Below, one piece after another: positions 33,050-34,160 of a stretch of 34,160 nt of DNA; the stretch's first letter is position 1, and the number at the start of each line of letters is the position of its first letter. The notes beneath the pieces were generated by a model, which was given only the letters and a program-made list of their open reading frames with translations, was not told the origin of the DNA and did not search any database. This DNA comes from Minisyncoccia bacterium. Its GTDB lineage: Bacteria; Patescibacteriota; Minisyncoccia; Phycocordibacterales; Phycocordibacteraceae. Where the stretch lies: NCBI GenBank assembly GCA_049298935.1, contig JBAQWN010000031.1, positions 1 to 34,160 on the forward strand, written 5' to 3'. Made by a program: the position numbers and the translations under genes.

Positions 33050-34159
33050 CTACCTAACTCTGATGGAAGAAAGAATTTCTTCACGCGACTTCTTCGTCAC
33101 GACTCCAGTTGCACGCTCGACTACCTCAAAAGCGCCAGTTGCAACAGCGTCTTTCCCGACCACAATCCGAATCGGCATACCGAGCAAGTCGCTCTCAGCA
33201 AATTTTTCACCCGCTCGCGCATCACGATCATCATAGAGCACTTCGGCGCCTGATTTCACAAGATCAGCATAGAGCGCATCTGCTGTCTGTGAAATTTCAT
33301 CTCCAGCCTTCCCCAGTGACACGAGGTGATACTTAAATGGTGCAACTGCTTCAGGCCACACGAGCCCTTTATCGTCACTGAAAGTTTCTACGATCACACC
33401 CATAAGACGCGAAATGCCGATACCAAAACATCCCATGATCGGGTGCTGATCCTTGCCCTCCCGATCTTTATACGTAAAAGAAAAATCTTGAGAATACTTC
33501 GTCCCGAGATCAAAAATATTGCCGACTTCAGAGGCCTTTGCCCGAGCGAGCAAACCAGTACCACAACGCGTACACATACCTCCTTCTTTCTGATCGCTTA
33601 TTTCAGCATTAACGCAATAGGGACACGTGTCACAATAAAGAATGTCGTCTTCACCTGCACTGGTCAACACCATAAATTCGTATGAGAGTTTCTTTGTGAA
33701 TGCTCCACCCGATGCCTCAGTCGCTTTCGCGACAAGACAGAGCCGTGCATAGATTTTCAAATACGATTCTTTTGCAAGAGTATAGAAACGATCGAAATCT
33801 TCTTGTGTCTCATGGAAAGAATACATGTCTTTCATCGTGAACTCTCGTCCGCGCATGATCCCTGACTTCGCGCGTAGCTCATCACGATACTTCTGACCTA
33901 TTTGATATATCGCAACCGGCAGGTCTTTGTAGGACTGAATATATTCCCGCGCAATCGGTGTCACAATTTCTTCTTCACTCTGCCCAATCGCATACTCCTT
34001 CTCAGTACGACTTTGTATCTTGAAGAGGACATCCACACTATCCCATGCACCAGTCTGTTTCCATGGCTCTGATGAATGCAGTGTCGCCATCCGGATCTCT
34101 TGACCACCCATTGCATCCATTTCTTCACGCACAACCCGTTCAATCTTCTCGAGCACTCT
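33050..34159 (-). CDS. proS: prolyl-tRNA synthetase, bacterial-like but lacking the INS editing domain; N-terminus outside the window
   Basis: The frame is open to the window edge (..RVLEKIERVVREEMDAMG). Class II motif 2 region (RDELRAKSGIMRGREFTMKD), motif 3 (GCFGIGISRL), and a C-terminal anticodon-binding domain. Confidence 0.92.
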   Translation of the reverse strand, partial: RVLEKIERVVREEMDAMGGQEIRMATLHSSEPWKQTGAWDSVDVLFKIQSRTEKEYAIGQSEEEIVTPIAREYIQSYKDLPVAIYQIGQKYRDELRAKSGIMRGREFTMKDMYSFHETQEDFDRFYTLAKESYLKIYARLCLVAKATEASGGAFTKKLSYEFMVLTSAGEDDILYCDTCPYCVNAEISDQKEGGMCTRCGTGLLARAKASEVGNIFDLGTKYSQDFSFTYKDREGKDQHPIMGCFGIGISRLMGVIVETFSDDKGLVWPEAVAPFKYHLVSLGKAGDEISQTADALYADLVKSGAEVLYDDRDARAGEKFAESDLLGMPIRIVVGKDAVATGAFEVVERATGVVTKKSREEILSSIRVR

Positions 34160-34160
34160 C

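Noticed and set aside
1-34160. Alternative genetic code (UGA read as Gly/Trp), CRISPR arrays, rRNA genes
   Set aside because: TGA clearly terminates conserved genes (lepB, mreC, mreD, DedA, ftsI, methyltransferase) at the expected protein lengths. No regularly spaced direct repeats and no rRNA-like sequence were seen.

Overview
Compact, almost fully coding bacterial chromosome segment of about 40 genes, with many 4-nt ATGA stop/start overlaps. I saw no rRNA and no CRISPR array. Most genes are housekeeping: gyrA, a four-domain S1 protein, pth, lepB, a HisRS-like protein, rpsU-ybeY-ftsA-ftsZ, trxB, two glycosyltransferases and a DedA protein. Also present are divergent tRNA-Ser(CGA)/tRNA-Glu(UUC), a minimal dcw block (mraZ-rsmH-ftsL-ftsI-murF), an archaeal-type class I LysRS, greA, and proS-mreB-mreC-mreD-mrdA. 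The class I LysRS, short S1, INS-less ProRS, SD-poor gene starts and arrays of tiny VirB2-like proteins suggest a Patescibacteria/CPR (Parcubacteria-like) genome. That assignment is inference only. Three plus-strand accessory cassettes stand out. (i) An IS481-type transposase fragment followed by an SPFH/band-7 gene and a membrane-protein gene. (ii) A tRNA-adjacent orphan membrane gene. (iii) A second orphan membrane gene beside lysK. All three have near-consensus promoters, strong Shine-Dalgarno sites, their own terminators and AGA/AGG-rich codon usage unlike the core genes. The best candidate for an undescribed system is the minus-strand operon at 2289-6369. It encodes a SAM methyltransferase, a membrane-anchored orphan solute-binding protein and six tandem, diverged VirB2/TrbC-like two-helix 'pilin' paralogs, with no secretion or pilus ATPase anywhere in the window. 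Other items worth a second look: a HisRS paralog whose catalytic motifs all appear substituted; a perfect 25-bp inverted repeat between apparently leaderless pth and lepB; two perfect DnaA boxes flanking lysK; TGGGN (MraZ-box-like) repeats on the mraZ promoter; and a 20-bp perfect palindrome abutting tRNA-Glu.
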